Positions 57,716 to 64,000 of a stretch of 64,000 nucleotides of DNA are shown here, in pieces. The stretch covers positions 42,284,001 to 42,348,000 of the forward strand of contig CM022665.1 of NCBI GenBank assembly GCA_012295275.1, written 5' to 3'. Position numbers and translations under genes: made by a program. Below the pieces are notes generated by a model. It saw only the letters and a program-made list of their open reading frames with translations, did not search any database and was not told the origin of the DNA. Positions within the stretch are counted from its first letter, which is position 1; the number at the start of each line of letters is the position of its first letter. This stretch comes from Chrysomallon squamiferum (taxonomy: Eukaryota; Animalia; Mollusca).

Positions 57716-59194
57716 TATTTCGCTTGCTTGTCTGTTAGGTTTTTGGGCAGAGTTTGGGAAGGTTTGTAGATGATATTTCAGGAGTTAGTTTAAATTTGTT
57801 AGCCCACTCATAAATTCATCATAGCTTTTGAGGTCCTTACAAGTTGCATAATGTTTTTTGCTTTGCACATGTATGTGTATATTTGTGTGTTATGTATGTA
57901 TGTCTGTATGCGTGTGTCTTTCTCTGAGTGTGTGTATATATATATATATATATATATGTATGTTAGCAATGTGTATTTGTGTGTGTGTATATATATATAT
58001 GTATGTATGTGTGTATGTATGTATGTATGTATGTATGTATGTATGTATGTATGTATGTTTGTATGTATGTATGTATATGTATATGTATATATTTGTATTT
58101 CTATGTGTGTGTATGTGTCTCTGCATATTATATTATGTGTATGTGTATATATATGTATGTATGTTATAAAGAGAGAGAAGGAGAAACTAACTTACATCTG
58201 TGTTATACAGGTACCCAGACTGAGAGACGGATGGATGGATGGGTAGATTAATACTGGTTATTATTTCAAATGCATATTACGTTAAATATAATTATATTTT
58301 ATAACTGTAGTATTTTAAAAGGAAATTAAAAATGATTATTTAAAAAAAATAATAATAATAAAAATTAAAAAAATATTTAATGAACTATGTTTTAGATAAT
58401 AAACACAGCTGGAATTTCTCTTTATTCATCCTCATTTTCTTTTCCCTTTTTTTTTCTCTCTTGTTTCAGTATCTCTCTCTTTCTAATAGAAGATTTTGTA
58501 CACGTGCTGGATTAACTGTCGTTAACTACAATTTACGCTAAGTAATAGTCATTACATTTTATTGTAGGTAATAGTCAATACATTTTTTTATATTATTTAT
58601 TAATTTAAACATCCAGCCTGTGTTTTGTTATTTTATGCTTGTTAGTAAGTAGATAATGTTTTAAATGTACTCTGTGATAATTAGTAATATTAAATATATT
58701 CTCAATTGTGGTCTAACATAATATGCTGCCTTGAAACAAAATATTTTAAAAGGTTAAGAAATGTCGTTATTTGAATAGACATCGAACAGTATTATTATTT
58801 AAAAATACTTTACAAAATATATATTTTCTTAATTCTATATAACTATTTAAATACACTTTATATAATATAATTATTAAAATACGTCTTATAAAATATTACT
58901 TAAATATAATGTAATGTATTACTGTATATAATATAATTAATTAAATACACATTATATTATATTATTATTAATTGTATAATTAGTTTTAGATATTATTTAT
59001 GTAATTTAAATTCTAAGTAATAACATTTTTTAACATGTTTTGATGTCAGTTGAAAATCAGTTATTTACAACTACATCAGTATTTTGACGATGACAGAATC
59101 ATGTAAGGATATTATTATAATTAAGAAAACAGGAGGGAAAAACCCATTAACTGTCCATCTGTCTGTCTGTCTGTCTGTGTGTGTGTGTGTGTGT

Positions 59195-59234
<40 letters not shown>

Positions 59235-59973
59235 CCCCCCCCACACACACACCCATACATCCACACACCCTACCTCTCGTTAAATCTAAAAACAAAAAAC
59301 AAAAAATACACTGTACAAAATGACAGTACTACTCGGCTGAAAATCACTTCACGTTTATTTTCTTATTGGATTTTAGTTAGTGGTTTTCACACAGATCCAG
59401 TGTGACACTGACCTGCACGACGGTTAAAAACTGAACGAAGCTGGCGTTACGCTTCACTGACCAAACACTATTACTTCATGGTCTGGTAGTTCGGCCTCTG
59501 GCCTGAAGCAGTAATAATATAAAAATAAAATAAAAAATAAAATATATGGGGAAGAAAAAAAAAATTAAAAAAATAAAAAATAAATAAAAAAGAGTTCTTT
59601 ACAAACCTGCATATATCGAACCCATTTGTTGCTAGCATAATCGTAAAATGTAGGCCACTGGTTTAATGTCGTGGCCAGAATTGTATGGGTGACATTGTAA
59701 AGAACATGCACCGGCTTATAAAATATGTACATGTGTACTTGACAGTGGTACGTACTTCACTTAGGGACGTGGGAAAAAAAAAAAAGAAAGAAAGAAAGAA
59801 AAATAAAACAGACGCATAAATAGACGGACAGAAATAAAAAAAGTGAGAATGCGAAAGGCCGAGAGAGAAAAAGACAGAGAGGAAGAAACAGAAATGGGAG
59901 ATTCAGAGAGAAATAGTGAGACAGAGACAGAGAGACAGACAGACAGATACAGAGTCTGAGAAACAGAGAGAGT

Positions 59974-60056
<83 letters not shown>

Positions 60057-60808
60057 ATAATAATAATAACAATAATTTTAAAAATACATTTAATTAATTA
60101 TTGTTTCTTGTTCTTTTGTTTTATTTTATTTTATTTTATTTTAGTATATTTTACTTTACTTATATATATATATATATATATTTATTTTTATATATATTTT
60201 TTTTCTTCTGGGGTCTATTCACGCAAACAGTCTTCCACTTTGCGACTGTTATTACAAAATATGTTAACGAGTAGTGTGAATTATTGCGCTGGTGAATACA
60301 AAAAAAAAAAAAGGAGAAGGGTCGTAACACAGAGGTTGAATGATCGGGTCAAGTTGACACGCGCGGCTGTGACGTATTAAATGTACAGTGTTAAGTCTAC
60401 TGTGTCTCACAATTAACAGCGGTGATTTTAGCGCGATTGTCTGAATGTGTGAGTTTTATAGTGCGTGAGGAGTTTTCTTTCATGTATCTCTTTCTCTCAG
60501 TTTCTCTGCGTTCTATGTCGGCCCGTTCATTCTTCTCGTTTACATTACATTAAATGATAAAACCCTGTTTGTTTTACATTACATTAAATTATGATGCATT
60601 ACTCATGTTGGATTGGATTACGCAATAAAATAGTATTTATGTTACATTACATTTAATTATAATGGATTACATTATGATACATTTACATAACAATACGTTA
60701 GATTATAATATATAATATTACATTACATTATATTGCATTATATTATGTAATATTATAAAACATTAGTTTATATTATATTATATTACATCATATTATATCA
60801 TACATGAC

Positions 60809-61440
60809 ATGACGTTATATTATATATTACACGTTAAACATATATTACATTACATGACGTTATATTGTATATTACAAGTTATACATATATTACATTACAT
60901 GACATTATATTATATATTACATTACATGACGTTATATTGTATATTACACGTTATACATATATTACAATATATGACGTTATATTGTATATTACACGTTAAA
61001 CGTGTATTATATTACATGACATTATATTGTATATTACACGTTAAACATGTATTACATTATATGACGTTATATTGTATATTACACGCTAAACATATATTAC
61101 ATTACATGACGTTATACTGTATATTACACTTTAAACATGTATTACATTATATGACGTTATATTGTATATTACACGTTAAACATGTATTACTTTACATGAC
61201 GTTATATTGTATATTACACGTTAAACATGTATTACTTTACATGACGTTATATTGTATATTACACGTTAAACATATATTACTTTATATGACGTTATATTGT
61301 ATATTACACGTTAAACATGTATTACATTACATGACGGTAAACATAAACATGTATTACTTTACATGACGTTATACTGTATATTACACGTTAAACATATATT
61401 ACATTACATGACGTTATATTGTATATTACACGTTAAACAT
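60809..61440. repeat. 45-bp minisatellite, about 14 copies (ATGACGTTATATTGTATATTACACGTTAAACATGTATTACATTAC)
   Basis: Units start at 60809, 60854, 60899, 60926, 60971, 61016 ... 61331. The 15-aa periodicity in ORF 60809 reflects this. Confidence 0.95.
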
Positions 61441-61646
61441 ACGCAGACGCTCAGACACGAAACCTGCGTGTCGTGTCCTACATTCGGCTCCGCGTTCGTC
61501 CGTAAAGCCGTGGAGAAAACTTGACATTAGCAGACCACAATGATCCGGATTAAACTTGACGATACACACTGAAACACGTTCAGTGAACAGAAAGTCGTTT
61601 TAAATTATGTACAGCGTATATGCGACAACCTAACAGCCTCACAGAC

Positions 61647-61647
<1 letters not shown>

Positions 61648-61735
<88 letters not shown>
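61648..61735. repeat. (GT)n microsatellite
   Basis: Perfect TG tract of about 88 bp. Confidence 0.97.
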
Positions 61736-61738
<3 letters not shown>

Positions 61739-61854
61739 TTCATCTAACGGAGGTTATAGCATATTTGGTTTGAAGATAATAATACTATAAGAACGTGGAT
61801 TGACCGTGTGACAGTAATATTTTGTCCGTGTGTTAGAAGTTTGTATTAATAGTA

Positions 61855-62250
61855 GTATGTTAGTGTATCAGAGTGTTATGATGTTAGTGTGTTAGAGTAT
61901 TGTAATGTTATGATATTAGTGTGTTAGAGTGTTATGATGTTAGTGTATTAGAGTATTATGATGTTAGTGTGTTAGAGTGTTATGAAGTTAATGTATTAGA
62001 GTGTTATTTGGTTGGTGTGTTAGTGTATTAGAGTGTTATGACGTTAGTGTATTAGAGTGTTATGATGTTAGTGTGTTAGAGTATTTCGATGATACTCGTG
62101 TGTTACTGGATTTTAATAATATTAGTTTTCATTATATTAGCGTATTATGATGTCAACGTTTTAATAATTATGATATTAGTGTATTAGTGTATTATGATAG
62201 TGTTAGTGTGTTAGAGGATGTTGATGATATTAGTGTTAGTATGTTAGATG
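61855..62250. repeat. 24-bp minisatellite (TGATGTTAGTGT(A/G)TTAGAGTGTTA), about 10 copies decaying rightwards
   Basis: Tandem units are visible at 61860-62090 and degenerate afterwards. Confidence 0.85.
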
Positions 62251-62532
62251 GGCAGATAGTATGACGTGATAGAAAGTCTTGCATTTTCCAGATTAAGTCT
62301 AAGTAGCTGCTGATTGTGATCGTCACTGACGTGGATGATGCGGTGTCAACAGAGGATAGAGTAAATTAGAAGAAACCTGGACTCGTACATTTTCGTATAA
62401 CGATAATCGGTCTTTGCATATCGATACTTAATCGATGATTACCTTGTCACTATCGATGCTGTAACGAAAACAAAAGATGTTTAAATTGGTGATTTCGTCT
62501 TCCTTTCCTCTTTCGTAATCATTATCGTTATG

Positions 62533-62613
<81 letters not shown>

Positions 62614-62968
62614 GATCTGTTAAAGTGTATTTATTGACTGCATGATTTTGTTTGTATGTATTCATCAAAACATGATATTGCACAGACACAAAACAAATAT
62701 TCGTTTGAAAGCACTCTATTAATCTTTGCTAATTAAATCCAACGAGTCAAATGGATAATGAATATTAATAAGTATGCTAAACAGGAGCATTCCATTTCTG
62801 CTAATCAACGTGCGAGACTTTAAGCATGTCGCGAAGCTGATTGGCTGAAAAGAAATAGTCATAGTCACGTGTTTCAGTAATTTTATTTCATTTAGGTGCA
62901 GAAATTTCCGATGAAGTCACACTTTATGTCATCATGTAGTGATTTTTAAAAATTACTTACATTTCTCT

Positions 62969-63066
<98 letters not shown>

Positions 63067-63421
63067 GTAACTTTAACGAGAGTATGTGAAGGAAAACAAA
63101 CACATAAATAAATAAATAAAACTTCAAATATCAACACTTAATTAAAGATGTCATTTAACCGCACTGCACTTCAAGGACACGACATTGTTCAATTAGTTTA
63201 GCCTATTCAATCTGACAAGACGATACCGAAACTGAAATTTTGTTAGATTTGCTTGCTCGGTTTAAATAGACTTTATTTTTGAAGATGACATTTTAAATTA
63301 CTGCAGTGACAAGAAATAGCTTTCAACGTATTCTGCGAGTTTCGTATGTTGTAAAAGTTTTCTATCTGAAATCAGGATCTTCCTCTTTTCAGATGCACAC
63401 ACACACGCACATATGTGCGTG

Positions 63422-63463
<42 letters not shown>

Positions 63464-64000
63464 GTATTTTTGTATGTATGCAAGTATGTGTGTTTAGACA
63501 GATATAAATGCAGGTAAAGATATACATACATACATATACACACACATAAATATTTTCATAAATACTCACACGCAAACATATAAACGAATGCACTCGCACG
63601 CATCCGCACAAACTGATGTAAAGATATAAAAAGTGACAATATCGGTGCAAACTGGTAGCAGTTCACAGTGTGGGGTAACTTACTTTTCCGATAGTAAAAC
63701 AGGCAGCAGATGCACTAAGTTATGAATTACTGCGTAGTTCATTAACTAAACTTTACTATCAACTGCATCAAACGTGCACTGAGCTGATATTTAGAAATAC
63801 GAGCAAGAGTCAACAAGTAATATTGCACACAGTGTTTTTATACGTTACCTTACTTTCATCTGAAGTAAATTAAATAAGTTTTTCAGATGTATGTATTGTT
63901 GCCCATACATGCGTACATACATCCATCCACCCGTCAATGAATGCACAGATTCAATCATGCACGCATACGTGCACACACACACACACACACACACACACAA

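Noticed and set aside
56388-61440. CRISPR-like interpretation of the 15-bp and 45-bp arrays (also 4930-5155, 15950-16460)
   Set aside because: Units are head-to-tail without unique spacers, there are no cas genes, and the context is eukaryotic.
61470-61505. TTCGGCTCCGCGTT resembling the 3' half of miR-375; AAGGCACGC at about 44070 resembling the miR-124 seed
   Set aside because: Matches are partial (seed missing or 3' part absent) and no precursor hairpin is evident. I saw no conserved bilaterian miRNA in the window.

Overview
AT-rich (roughly 30% GC by eye), microsatellite-saturated eukaryotic DNA, most likely from an invertebrate. Degenerate MetaSINE-like elements suggest a mollusc, but this is inference. 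I find no recognisable protein-coding gene, intact tRNA/rRNA gene or CRISPR array. Nearly all ORFs in the supplied track are read-throughs of (AAT)n, (GA)n, (CA)n, (TAG)n or minisatellites. The window looks like a large intergenic or intronic regulatory domain: 0.2-0.9 kb CpG-retaining islands of unique sequence alternate with simple repeats. A candidate Pol II promoter lies at about 23.5-23.65 kb (CCAAT, GC box, ETS-overlapping CArG box, Inr). CACGTG, TGACGTAA, nuclear-receptor elements and an unexplained, strand-biased GTCGTCTGC motif are dense across the islands. The most striking structure is a near-identical 160-bp element in inverted orientation at 7.1 and 49.3 kb, each copy running into a GA tract, so the pair brackets about 42 kb. 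I cannot claim a new biological system from this sequence alone. All motif counts were made by eye and may be incomplete.
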